A stretch of DNA of 64,000 bases from Pseudobdellovibrionaceae bacterium (GTDB taxonomy: Bacteria; Bdellovibrionota; Bdellovibrionia; Bdellovibrionales; UBA1609), in NCBI GenBank assembly GCA_043757545.1, contig JAYVPG010000118.1, positions 17,286-81,285 on the forward strand. The letters run 5' to 3'. The translations under genes were made by a program, and so were the position numbers. Positions 28,454 to 39,000 of this stretch are shown one piece after another (the stretch's first letter is position 1; each line of letters opens with the position of its first letter). The notes below the pieces were generated by a model, which did not search any database, was not told where the DNA came from, and saw only the letters and a program-made list of their open reading frames with translations.

Positions 28454-28554
28454 CGAAAAAACTGAATAATGTAGTAGATGCTGAGAGTCAACAAATTGAC
28501 TTAAAATTCGCTGGCAAGGAGGATCACCCATCGTCATGCAAAGGACCCTTTTGA

Positions 28555-30585
28555 ATGTATAAATCCGCCACGAAAATTCCCCACCGCCACGAGGCCCACG
28601 GCGACGTTCGCCACGACGATTATTTCTGGATGCGCGAACGGGACTCCGCACCCGTGCTCGATTTTTTACGCCAAGAGAATCGCCGAACGGCCGAGGCGCT
28701 TGCGCCTGTCGCAGGACTTGAGAAGTCACTCTATCAAGAGATGCGTTCGCGGATCAAAGAAGACGATTCCTCAGTGCCCGTTTTCGATCGTGGATATTTT
28801 TACTATGTTCGCTATGAGGCTGGCCAAGAGTACGCCATCCATTGCCGCAAGAAGGGTTCGCTCGAGGCCAAAGAAGAGATCATTCTCGACGAAAACGTCA
28901 TGGCCAAAGGTCATTCGTATTTTGACTTGGGTGAGATGCAGACCTCACCCGATCAGCGCTTTGTTGCCTTTGCCCTCGATATCGTGGGCCGGCGAATTTA
29001 CGATATTTTTATTAAGGATCTGCAGACCGGTGAAACGCTTAAAGATCATATCGTCGCGGTGACTCCGAACTTGGTTTGGGCGGCCGATAATAAGACTTTG
29101 TTTTACTCTCGTCAGGATCCTGAAACTTTACGCTCCTTTCAAATTTATCGTTATGAATTGAGTAGCGGAGCGCCCGAACTGGTGTTTGAGGAAAAAGACA
29201 CCACTTACAATGTAGAGGTCGGTGACTCGAAGCGCGGCGGCATGCTTTTTATGGCGAGCCAAAAGCGTGACTCGTCAGAATGGTACACGCTCGATGCGAG
29301 TAAACCTCGCGGGGAATGGAAGAAATTCTGGCCGCGCGAAAATGACCATGAATACAGCTTGGTTGATGGCGGCGATCGCCTTTACGTTCTGACCAATTGG
29401 CAAGCGCGAAATTTTCGCTTGATGGAGGCCTCCTTCACCGCGACGGACAAACGCGAATGGAAGGAAGTCCTTCCCCACAACGAGAAAATCTATCTTGAGG
29501 GCGCAGATGTTTACGAAAAGTTTTTGATCATCAGTGAGCGGGAAAATGGACTGGCGCAAGTGCGCGTGCGAGATCGCGCCTCTAGTAAAGACCGTCTGTT
29601 GAAATTTCCCGATCCAGCATATGAGGTCGCGGCGTTTGGCTTGCCCGATTATCAAAGCACGTACATGCGCTTTAAATATGAGTCCTTGGTTCAACCTCCG
29701 TCGGTTTACGACGAAGAGATCGCGACGGAAAAACGCTCATTGCGCAAGGTGCGTGAAGTTCCCGGCTACAACAAAGACCTTTATGAAGTGAAAAGACTTT
29801 GGGCGACGGCTAAGGACGGGGCAAAGGTTCCGCTTTCGGTGCTGTTGAAGAAGGGCCTTAAGCTCGATGGTGGAAATCCTGTTCTGCTTTATGGCTATGG
29901 CTCCTATGGCTTGACCACGGATGTTTATTTTCGCGGTCATGCGTTGAGTTTAGTGGATCGTGGGTTTGTTTTTGCGCTGGCACATATTCGTGGCGGCTCA
30001 GAGATGGGACGCGACTGGTATGAGAACGGTCGATTAAAAAATAAAATGAATACGTTTACGGATTTTATTGGCTGCGCTGAAAGCCTGATCAAGGACAAAT
30101 ACACCTCGGCAAAGCATCTCTACATGATGGGTGGGAGCGCGGGCGGGCTACTGATGGGCGCGGTGATGAATTTGCGGCCTGATCTCTTCAATGGCGTGAT
30201 TGCAGCGGTGCCGTTTGTCGATGTGCTGACCACGATGCTCGATGAAAGTATTCCCCTGACTACGGGTGAGTACAAAGAGTGGGGCGACCCGCGCATCAAA
30301 GAGCAATACATGGTGATGAAAGAATATTCCCCCTATGACAACGTGCAGGCTAAGGCGTATCCAAATCTTTTGGTGACGACGGGTTATCATGACTCTCAGG
30401 TCCAGTATTGGGAGCCTGCGAAGTGGGTGGCACGTTTACGCGAGATGAAAACGGATAAAAATCAGCTGCTGCTCTATACAGAATTAGAGGCTGGGCACTC
30501 CGGGGCTTCAGGCCGGTTCGAAGCTTTAAAAACCTTGGCAAAAGAATACGCATTTATTCTAATGTTAGAGGGGATAAACAAGTGA
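28555..30585 (+). CDS. ptrB: Oligopeptidase B (S9A)
   Basis: D.Y.WMR N-terminus, YGYGSYG, HIRGGSEMG, GGSAGG, DSQVQYWEPAKW, AGHSGASGR. Confidence 0.92.
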   Translation: MYKSATKIPHRHEAHGDVRHDDYFWMRERDSAPVLDFLRQENRRTAEALAPVAGLEKSLYQEMRSRIKEDDSSVPVFDRGYFYYVRYEAGQEYAIHCRKKGSLEAKEEIILDENVMAKGHSYFDLGEMQTSPDQRFVAFALDIVGRRIYDIFIKDLQTGETLKDHIVAVTPNLVWAADNKTLFYSRQDPETLRSFQIYRYELSSGAPELVFEEKDTTYNVEVGDSKRGGMLFMASQKRDSSEWYTLDASKPRGEWKKFWPRENDHEYSLVDGGDRLYVLTNWQARNFRLMEASFTATDKREWKEVLPHNEKIYLEGADVYEKFLIISERENGLAQVRVRDRASSKDRLLKFPDPAYEVAAFGLPDYQSTYMRFKYESLVQPPSVYDEEIATEKRSLRKVREVPGYNKDLYEVKRLWATAKDGAKVPLSVLLKKGLKLDGGNPVLLYGYGSYGLTTDVYFRGHALSLVDRGFVFALAHIRGGSEMGRDWYENGRLKNKMNTFTDFIGCAESLIKDKYTSAKHLYMMGGSAGGLLMGAVMNLRPDLFNGVIAAVPFVDVLTTMLDESIPLTTGEYKEWGDPRIKEQYMVMKEYSPYDNVQAKAYPNLLVTTGYHDSQVQYWEPAKWVARLREMKTDKNQLLLYTELEAGHSGASGRFEALKTLAKEYAFILMLEGINK

Positions 30586-31526
30586 CAAGTCCAATGGACA
30601 ATAAAAAGCGTAGAATTTTAATCGTCGATGATGACGATACCTCACGTGATTTGGTGGGCAAGGCGCTCGAATATGAGGGTTATCAAGTTCGCCAAGCTGA
30701 GAATGGTTTGCTCGGCATCGGCGTGATGAACGAATGGCATCCGCACTTGATTTTGCTCGATATGAATATGCCTGGGATGAATGGCTTGGATACTTTGTCG
30801 CGCCTGCGTGTGCGCGATGAATATGTATCCGTGATGTTTGTTTCGGCCAATTCTAAAATCGAAGACGTTGTAAGGGGCCTAGACGGCGGTGCGGACGATT
30901 ACATTTGTAAACCGTTTGTGGTCAGTGAACTTCTCTCACGCGTGCGCAGTCAATTGCGCATTAAAGATTTGAACGACAATTTAAAACGCGCCAATGACCG
31001 CTTGAAAGAGCTTGTGGATATTGACGATCTTACGGGCTTGTTTAATATGCGCTCGCTGTATAAAAAACTCGACTTCGAGTTGGATCGTGCCCGCCGTTAC
31101 AATCGCTCAGTCGCCGTGATGATGATGGATCTGGACTTCTTCAAAAAGGTCAACGATGACCACGATCATTTGTTTGGCAGCTTTGTCATCAAACAGGTCG
31201 GAAAAATTATTCACGACAATATCCGCAAAGTGGATTTTGCCGCTCGTTACGGAGGCGATGAATATTTAGTCGTGCTTACCGAAATCGGTCAGGACGGGGC
31301 GAATACGTTTGCCAATCGCTTGCGTTCAAAAATTGAAGAGTCGGTTTTTCAAAATGATCTTCATAAGATTAAGCTCACCGCGAGTATCGGTCTGGCCCTC
31401 GCCAATCCCAACAATATGGAAGTCGACGCAAGAACCTTGGTTCGTTACGCGGATCGTGCGCTCTACCAGGCGAAAGAATCGGGCCGCAATCGCGTAGAAA
31501 TTTTCGATTTTAAAACGGTTAAGTAG
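30582..31526 (+). CDS. REC-GGDEF dinucleotide cyclase with Hypr (GacA-type) Ser signature
   Basis: REC domain; DLTGLFN, DLDFFKKVND.HDHLFGS, RKVD I-site, ARYGGDEY. Confidence 0.85.
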   Translation: MTSPMDNKKRRILIVDDDDTSRDLVGKALEYEGYQVRQAENGLLGIGVMNEWHPHLILLDMNMPGMNGLDTLSRLRVRDEYVSVMFVSANSKIEDVVRGLDGGADDYICKPFVVSELLSRVRSQLRIKDLNDNLKRANDRLKELVDIDDLTGLFNMRSLYKKLDFELDRARRYNRSVAVMMMDLDFFKKVNDDHDHLFGSFVIKQVGKIIHDNIRKVDFAARYGGDEYLVVLTEIGQDGANTFANRLRSKIEESVFQNDLHKIKLTASIGLALANPNNMEVDARTLVRYADRALYQAKESGRNRVEIFDFKTVK

Positions 31527-31588
31527 AATCGACCGGCCGGAAATTTTACTACCACTTACAATGAAGGTTCTAAGGAGTTATAACCGCT

Positions 31589-31894
31589 ATGAATAAACTG
31601 TTACCGCCTCGATGGGGCGAGATTATCAAAGTCTCAGTGAAATACCTAAGAGTGTTCTTCCCCCAAATTATGTTGGTCACGGTTATTATTTCCACGCCAA
31701 TCGTCGTGCATTTTTTTGGTATTGTCAGTGTCTTCAATCCGAAGACAGGGATGCTTTTTGTCACTGCGACTTGCTTGTCGCTTAAAACCGATTTCGATGG
31801 GTATCTGCATTCTATTTGTTCTATGTTTAATCCCAGTTCACTTGATTTTAACGGTGGCTTGCATGATGGCAATATTTGGAAAATAAACCACTAG
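31589..31894 (+). CDS. Small hypothetical membrane protein, possibly frameshifted
   Basis: AAGGAG upstream, hydrophobic segment; a more hydrophobic C-terminus lies in another frame ending at 31886. Confidence 0.35.
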   Translation: MNKLLPPRWGEIIKVSVKYLRVFFPQIMLVTVIISTPIVVHFFGIVSVFNPKTGMLFVTATCLSLKTDFDGYLHSICSMFNPSSLDFNGGLHDGNIWKINH

Positions 31895-31933
31895 ATTGGT
31901 GCAGATCGCCTGGGTGCAAACTCTAGCTCGAGA

Positions 31934-32236
31934 TTAAAATCCTGAGACTTTCTTCGCAGCGGCCCTCTCCAGCAATTCGTGAATCAAAGTTTGATAAGGC
32001 TTGTGCTGTTTGGAAGCCAATTTTCTCAGGCGTTCAAGAAGTTTTGGATCAATACGAATAGCGATTAGCTGTTTGGCATTACCAGTGACCGGGCGGCCAA
32101 CTCTCCTGGCCCGCTTCAGCTCCTCATCAGTAGATTCGGGGATATCTGAAAAATCGATCTCACGATCCTTCATAAGCTTTGCGCTCTTTGCGGCTCGCTT
32201 TCCTTGCGCTGATGATACGGATTGTTTCTTTGCCAT
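31934..32236 (-). CDS. brnA: BrnA-family antitoxin (RHH)
   Basis: IDFSDIPE, GRP..AKQLIAIRIDP, KPYQTLIHELL. Confidence 0.85.
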   Translation of the reverse strand: MAKKQSVSSAQGKRAAKSAKLMKDREIDFSDIPESTDEELKRARRVGRPVTGNAKQLIAIRIDPKLLERLRKLASKQHKPYQTLIHELLERAAAKKVSGF

Positions 32237-32444
32237 TTTTTAATCTCCTGGTTGTATAAACCACCAATAAAAGTCTGCTCTGAATGGAGAGCCCAAGACG
32301 CTTGATTCTGGGTTCACGTTGGGAATGGTCAGAATCTTCCCAATCTAACCCCTCTGGATCAGCAAATACCGTGGACGCCTCCTCAAATGGGACTTCATGC
32401 TTTTCATAGTTGCTGATTGCCTTTTGAGTGTCCCAAGAGAACAT
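32160..32444 (-). CDS. brnT: BrnT-family RNase toxin
   Basis: FSWD..K..N..KH.V.FEEA..VF.DP, HS..E.R, IRIISARKASRKERKAY. Confidence 0.9.
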   Translation of the reverse strand: MFSWDTQKAISNYEKHEVPFEEASTVFADPEGLDWEDSDHSQREPRIKRLGLSIQSRLLLVVYTTRRLKNGKETIRIISARKASRKERKAYEGS

Positions 32445-32451
32445 GCATTAA

Positions 32452-32480
32452 TGTATATACGATAATTCTGAACTAATCAA
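32452..32480 (-). promoter_or_regulatory. Putative sigma70 promoter of brnTA with palindromic operator
   Basis: Minus strand TTGATT-N17-TATACA; palindrome GTATATAC (32453-32460) overlaps the -10. Confidence 0.5.
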
Positions 32481-32567
32481 GCCTTTTTTGGTATTACTAA
32501 AGACGAAGATTGACACTCACCTTAGATTAAGATTGCGCGGGCGCCAGGACCGTCTCAGCCGCAATCG

Positions 32568-32583
32568 TGGCATCAGACTTGCT
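32568..32583 (+). promoter_or_regulatory. Sigma54 (-24/-12) promoter
   Basis: TGGCAT-CAGAC-TTGCT, exact GG-N10-GC spacing, ~80 nt upstream of ORF 32662. Confidence 0.7.
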
Positions 32584-32661
32584 TAGAACCTTGATTACAT
32601 AGGTCCTACAGATAGCCAGTTGACTCTAAAAGAGTTTCAACTCCACAGGAAGTGTAAATAG

Positions 32662-35600
32662 ATGCGACAAAGAAGTAAAATATATTGGTTCGCCCTCATT
32701 CTTGCTTTTGCCGGGCAAACGGCTATGGCCGCTTCGAAAAAGAACCCCACAAAGGCATCATGTGAGAAATTGCTCACGTCGCAATCCGAATTGGACTTTG
32801 CTTTCGCGGTTCAGGCTTTAGCGGGTCCCGACATCAAAGAGTTAGTGAATCGCATAACCTCTGGCCAAATTCATTTTTCTTCGGAAAGATGGAAAAGCCT
32901 TCTCTTGTTAGATTCTAAATTAAAAGAGTCCAAGCTAATTTATTCAATTGCAACTTTTCAAGACCAGCTCAATCCCATCGACGTAGTCGAAATGAAAATT
33001 CTGGCATCCCATTCTGAACACCGCCTGACCTATAGCCACCGCGATTTTGAAAGTGACCTCAAAAGAATTAAATTCAAAGACCTTTCAATGGGTTCCTTCA
33101 CTGTTATTATGACTGAAGCCGTCGGAAGATCCGAAGTCTCAGAGACAATCAAATCCCTCAAGGTTCCCGAAGACAAGATGATCGAGTTCCTGATTTCATT
33201 CTTGGCGCAAGACTCGGAATTCGACGAGCTTGCAAATCCCACGCTAGCTGCCGACCCTACCCAGTGGCCGATGCGCCGTGGGAAACCGGCGACATCCAAG
33301 AATTATAAAAATAATTTACGCCGCTTGATCTCAACGGGCCCTTTCGATCAGTTGAATATCAGAAGGGTTGAAAACAGGGCAAAACTTGCAATGGTTGCGT
33401 GCTACTTTTTTCCCGATATCGCCCGTGAAGCACTTTTACGAGCTCCTAAAGATGAAGATGCCAAGACCACACAAACAGAGTGGAAAGAGGCGATGGCAGC
33501 ACTTGACAGGCCTAGCTACCTCAAATCTCTGGCGTGGCTACTCGCAAAGGGGGGCGATGGCGAAAGAGAATTGAAACTGGTACTCGATCTACCCGCTCCA
33601 GCTCTTTCACATACGGACCTATTAACCTTTTGGGTCAACATCCTCTCTGATCAAATAGGAGATGGATGGAGTCTTGAATCTGTCTCCAGCAGATCCCTTT
33701 ACAGCTACAAGGGCTACGAAATATTATCTCTCAAAGATAGACGGGAAATATTGATTCGGTTTCTGAATCAAATACCTGCGTCCACTTTTTCAGGTCCCGC
33801 CTACGGCAGAAATAATAGGCTGACATCGATGGAAAATTTTTTTACTCAATGGTTAAACGTTCGGCCTCTGTCAATGGCTGCTGCGACCGCCGGCCTAACT
33901 GCCACGCTCATGGCCAAGGCACCAGACTATATTGTTGAATCGACCCTAGGTTTGCAATTGGGTGACCTCATGAAATTGCATCTTTTAAGTGAAGACGGCA
34001 AGCCCGGCCTGCAAGAGGAGCTCAGGTCCTTTGCAAAGCAGTATCCGAGCCTGCTTCCACCAACAATTGTAGAAACGTTTTGGGACAAAGCTTTAGACGT
34101 CGCCATCGTTCGCAAATTCTTTCGCTATTACACGACTCATCTACCTCGCCGCCACGGCGATGAAGCAACCGTAGCATCGTCTTTTATCCCTGAAACCTCA
34201 CTGCAGTTAATGTGTGAGATCGTTGGATGGCAAAAAAACTGCGCCGCCATTAAACAAAGCAAAATATATGACAATCCGGGTACGTTTTATTCCATTCTTT
34301 TTGACCTACAGTCCCGTTTTAACGATCCGATATTTGCAGACGTAGAATTCGAACCAACAGCATTCGACAGCAAAGAGCACCTTTTTGATTTTTTAAATTC
34401 CCTGCGCAATATTCTCAATCTGCACTTAAGTTCAAGGCGAGATTCGGATTCCGGCGACGACGAGAGTACGATCGGCTCAACCATGAGCACGGCGGACTGG
34501 AAAAATTTTTTAGTCCGACAGGGGATAGACCGGTCGATCTCTGATAAAAATATTGAGTCCCTCACCCAAAAAATTAACCAAGAAATTTTGGCTAAGGTGA
34601 ATGGGATTTTTACTGATACTGATACTGATAATGCTTCACAAAAAAAATCTAAGTCTCGTGCCGGGGGCCCTTCGGTAGTGCTAACTACCGAAAATCTACA
34701 AAAGCTACTGAACGAGTGGGGCAATCTTGAGTCAATCACAACCCTAGTATCCCGTCTTTCTGGTTCCAAAAGTGCCACCTGGAATCGTGAAATTCCAGTT
34801 CTTAAAGAAGTATTTCAGCAATCTGTGATGGGAACATTTGCCCAATATAAATTTGAGTCGGCAGAAGCAAAGAACCAACTTGAGGGGCTTAGCAAAAAAC
34901 AAGTCGACGCTTGGAAAGAAAATAGATACCTACTGACCAAGGCAAGCGGAGGCACCCAAGACCAAAGTGATCTGCGCGATAATTTTGCGAAGATCGTTGC
35001 AACTAATTTAATTCCACATTCTGAAGCGGTAAAGGCCCATGATGCAAATCCAGGCATGCCGTTTTCTGATAGCCTCGGCTTGGACTCGTTGTTGAGTGAA
35101 ATTCAAGCGCAAGTGAATCAGGGCGACCCGGCAAAACTAATTTCGAAAATCATGACGGATCAAAGCCCAAAACTAAATGATAAAGAAACCTCTCTACTCT
35201 TGGCGCGGCTTTTTAAAAATGTGGTCGCAAAGTTAGGTAAAGTCGACGCCGTTGAGGCCGCTGAGCTTCGCACTTTGGCGCGTATCGGTTTGGGCTTAGT
35301 TCAGCAGCAACAGCTGGAGGTTGAAGCCAGTGATAGAACACAGCTTCAGTCAGATTTTAAATCGCTCATCAAGATATTCATGACGGAGCTTGCCGTGGCT
35401 AGAAAAAGTTCTCTCATATTTTCGGTACTGTCCTCAGACCCAGTTTTAATGTTAACCATTGGTGATTTGGTCGATACCACATCTTGCCAAAACTATCGCA
35501 CTGGCGGAATGATTCAAACCCTGCTTGGCTACGTCATTGACGCAAACGTAAGGGCACTTGCGAGCTTTGAGATAGGTATGGGTCAGTTTGCGAATCAAAA

Positions 35601-36024
35601 TGACTTTCACCAGTTATACCAGGCATTGTCTCAGGGCGTGCCCGTGAATACGGAATGGAATGGCAACAATCGAACCGCCGTATTCTCATGGAGCGACGCC
35701 GGCGCGAGACAGAGTGTATCAACGCACCCCCTGGGACATGCCTATTTGCGACAAATAGTTCGCATTGGCAACACCGTCGATGAAGACGGATCGACTAAAA
35801 TCGGGACCTTACTCGAGCGAGAGTATTTGCAAAATAATTCAGAATTGGCATCCATGCGCGAAAATCATCAAGCTATTTTTGCGCAACTGAATAGTGAGCT
35901 TGGAGCTTACAACCATGGCACTATCACCTTCAGGGAGACGAGAAACCCGGGCGGCGTTTACTCGGATGCAGGTCGCGGAATTCAAAATCGTGAGTTCTGC
36001 GTGGAAGTCTCAAGTGACAAATAG
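32662..36024 (+). CDS. Large exported hypothetical protein (1120 aa)
   Basis: Long ORF, Sec-type signal peptide ending AMA, mostly helical body, conserved-looking C-terminal domain (IGD..TSCQNY..G, LGYVID, RQIVRI, LEREY, GVYSD). Confidence 0.85.
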   Translation: MRQRSKIYWFALILAFAGQTAMAASKKNPTKASCEKLLTSQSELDFAFAVQALAGPDIKELVNRITSGQIHFSSERWKSLLLLDSKLKESKLIYSIATFQDQLNPIDVVEMKILASHSEHRLTYSHRDFESDLKRIKFKDLSMGSFTVIMTEAVGRSEVSETIKSLKVPEDKMIEFLISFLAQDSEFDELANPTLAADPTQWPMRRGKPATSKNYKNNLRRLISTGPFDQLNIRRVENRAKLAMVACYFFPDIAREALLRAPKDEDAKTTQTEWKEAMAALDRPSYLKSLAWLLAKGGDGERELKLVLDLPAPALSHTDLLTFWVNILSDQIGDGWSLESVSSRSLYSYKGYEILSLKDRREILIRFLNQIPASTFSGPAYGRNNRLTSMENFFTQWLNVRPLSMAAATAGLTATLMAKAPDYIVESTLGLQLGDLMKLHLLSEDGKPGLQEELRSFAKQYPSLLPPTIVETFWDKALDVAIVRKFFRYYTTHLPRRHGDEATVASSFIPETSLQLMCEIVGWQKNCAAIKQSKIYDNPGTFYSILFDLQSRFNDPIFADVEFEPTAFDSKEHLFDFLNSLRNILNLHLSSRRDSDSGDDESTIGSTMSTADWKNFLVRQGIDRSISDKNIESLTQKINQEILAKVNGIFTDTDTDNASQKKSKSRAGGPSVVLTTENLQKLLNEWGNLESITTLVSRLSGSKSATWNREIPVLKEVFQQSVMGTFAQYKFESAEAKNQLEGLSKKQVDAWKENRYLLTKASGGTQDQSDLRDNFAKIVATNLIPHSEAVKAHDANPGMPFSDSLGLDSLLSEIQAQVNQGDPAKLISKIMTDQSPKLNDKETSLLLARLFKNVVAKLGKVDAVEAAELRTLARIGLGLVQQQQLEVEASDRTQLQSDFKSLIKIFMTELAVARKSSLIFSVLSSDPVLMLTIGDLVDTTSCQNYRTGGMIQTLLGYVIDANVRALASFEIGMGQFANQNDFHQLYQALSQGVPVNTEWNGNNRTAVFSWSDAGARQSVSTHPLGHAYLRQIVRIGNTVDEDGSTKIGTLLEREYLQNNSELASMRENHQAIFAQLNSELGAYNHGTITFRETRNPGGVYSDAGRGIQNREFCVEVSSDK

Positions 36025-36042
36025 AAAAAAACTGGAGTTCGC

Positions 36043-39000
36043 ATGAAGAATTTATTTATTCAATTTGTACTATTGGCGACGGTAGGAGTCGGGACTCAGA
36101 GCTCGGCAGCTTCATTCCAGAGCAGATTGGAAGTCCATGGGAGCAATGCTGCCAAGATAATCCTCACCGTTGCCGAATTTGTTGGCGATGCTGAAGTTGA
36201 GGCTATCAAAAGTGAAACCTCTCATCGAATTGAGGGGCGCGATTCTGAGGCCAATGACATTTTGGATACGTTGGTTCGGATGAAGTCGCGAATGCCGGTT
36301 CTAGTTGCGCCGCCCGGGGTTGGCAAAACGGCAATCGTACAAAGGGCAATTCAAAAGACTATTACACGAGATTACCCTGACTCACCGGCATTCCAAGAGG
36401 GGTTAGCTAAAGCTGAGTGGATTCAAATTACACCGGGCCGTATTATGAAGATTGCCAAATCAACCAACGATATATCTAAAGCAAAGGCCATTGAAGATTT
36501 TTTTGATGCGGTCATTTCGATTGAAGCAGAGCTCAAGGTCAAAGTGATTGTCTTTATGGATGAAGTTCACAATTTAGATCCAAGTCAGGTCGAGGCGCTT
36601 TTGCCATATCTCGAATCTCAAGGCAAGAGTGTTCGCTTTGTGGGTGCTACAAATGCAAACAAGCTGACGCTTGCTTTTGGCGACAATGAAGCATTTTTAC
36701 GCAGGATGAGGACTATAGCTGTTCAAGAATTTGATGACGAGACGATACTAAATTTGATCGACAAATCGTGGATTCCCACTATTCAGAGCAAGTACGCTGT
36801 CCAATTTTCTGATGAAGCCAAACGTAGGTTTATTGCGTTTGGGACTATATTAAACCCTGATGGAGGAAAGTTTGATGCGGCAATTAAAGTTGCGCAAGAC
36901 TTTGCAATTTGGAATCAGCGAAACAAGAAGGAAAAAATTCTGTCCCAAGAAAATCTATTCGATTTTTTTAAGGAAAAAACGGGGTTTCCTGTGGATCCTT
37001 TCAACCGTTCTGAACTTCGTCAATATCTTGACTCAATCCAAAAGACCATAACCGCAAAGTTAGTTGGCCAGCCCCGTATGATTCAAGATGCCCTCGATAT
37101 ATTTCGGGATATCATTCTTGGCACAAAAAAAGAGATGGGCGTTCTTGCTATCGTTGGGCCCTCCGGAACTGGAAAAACTGAATTGGGCAAGATGATCGCC
37201 AAATATGGTTTTAACAATCCACGGTCGTTTCTAAAAATCGATGCTACGGAATACAGCGGAGAAAACGACGGAGCATTTAATAAGCTGTTTGGCGCAGCTA
37301 GTGGACTTGTAACATCCAATAAACGTGTAGGCATTTTACCTGAATATTTTGATGACCCCTCGCAGGGAAAATACGGCGGAGTCCTTCTAATTGACGAAGC
37401 GGAGCGCGCGTCGCCCAACTTCTGGGAAAGACTTATGGAGTTTTTTGAAGAAGGCACTTTTCGCGGTGGCGATGGAAAATTGCGCAAAGCGCGTCGCCAT
37501 ATCGTAATCTTGACAAGCAATCGCGGCGATAAAATTCTTTTTCCTGAAGAAATGCAAAAGCTCGAGAAAAGCCGGGTCATTGATTACGCCAACTCCGTTC
37601 AAGAATCTGATATCAAGAAGCTATTTCAGATAAAAACGAGCGGCAAAGACGATTTTCAAATTCCGGTGCCGGTATTGAATCGCATTGACCGGTTTACGAT
37701 TTCCGTACCTCTTCACGCCGACGACGTTGCCGAGATCTCTACCAATTTCGCGCTCAATGAAACGCTTGCGATTGAGTCCCTTTTCCAAATGTCTCTTAAG
37801 CTCGACTCCAAAATTGTGGGCCGAATTGGCAAAACTTCGTTTGACCCACAGTATGGCGCAAGACCTACGGAGCGCGCTTTGGCTACGTTTTTTAATCGGA
37901 TCAAGGACAAGATTTTGTCGTCATCTGAGGCAATTAAAGACCAAGTGCTCACGGTTGACGAAGAAGTCGTCTCGGCAGATGACGCGAATGCAGTTGGTAG
38001 GATCGCAGGAAACGTTCTTTTTAAACTTAAACTTCCAAGACTGATTCTTGATGAGCCCTTGCTCGGTAGCGAGCTCGCGGAAAAAATAAAGCAATTTGAT
38101 GAAGTCGTTGCCAAAATGATTATTGGTCAAGATGACGCCGTAAAAAGAGTGCGCGAAGCAGTAATCTCGTTTCTGTCTACACCAAAAAAAATGAGAGGAA
38201 CTTTTAGTGTCATGTTGCTAGGGCCAACTGGTGTTGGAAAAACCGAATTGGGCAAAGCGGTCGCGATGGCATTGTTTGGCGGGTCTAGTCAGGCGGAGAT
38301 CATTCCCATGGGCGAAATCTTGCGTGAGTCAGACTTTACAACAATCATTGGCTCGTCGCCAGGTTACGTTGGGTCATTGGAAGTGCGCAGGCTCGAGAAA
38401 GCCCTCATGAGCCATCCCGACGGCGGGGTAATCGTGCTCGATGAATTTAGCAATATGGGCGGCAAAGACCCGACAGTAAAAGAAGAACTCATCATGCGGC
38501 TATATAATTTTTTTGAAGAGGGGCGATGGACCTCGAGCGCAACCGGCACCACCTATGACTTGACCAAATATTTGTTTGTGCTGACAGGTAACGATGGCGA
38601 AGAGCTCTATCGTGGCATTAGCTCTGACCAGATTCGTTTGGAAACTTGGAAGAGGAACAATGGGCCAGCCGTTTTGCATAAAATGCTTGTTAGCAAGGGT
38701 GTGCCAGAAGCATTTCTTGGACGTCAGGCAGACATTATAGACATGAAGCCCCTTATGCGTAGCGAAGTAAAAGGAGTCGCAGATAAACTGATTGAACCGA
38801 TTGTGCGGCGATTTTCAAACCTAGGCTACAAAGTCGAGGTCTCAGAGAACTTCAACGAACAGTTCGGCAAGATGTTTTTTACCCAAGATAAAGGAGCTCG
38901 GTCGCTTCGCTCAATAGCGCAAGTTAAATTAAACGCTCTAATCTCCGAGGCCGTTAGTATTTCCAAAGCCTCAGGCAAAACGGCAAATGAAGGCAGATGG

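Noticed and set aside
28454-28729. 92-aa N-terminal extension of LeuS given by the ORF track
   Set aside because: Overlaps the divergent ptrB gene; LeuS-like sequence starts at ATG 28453
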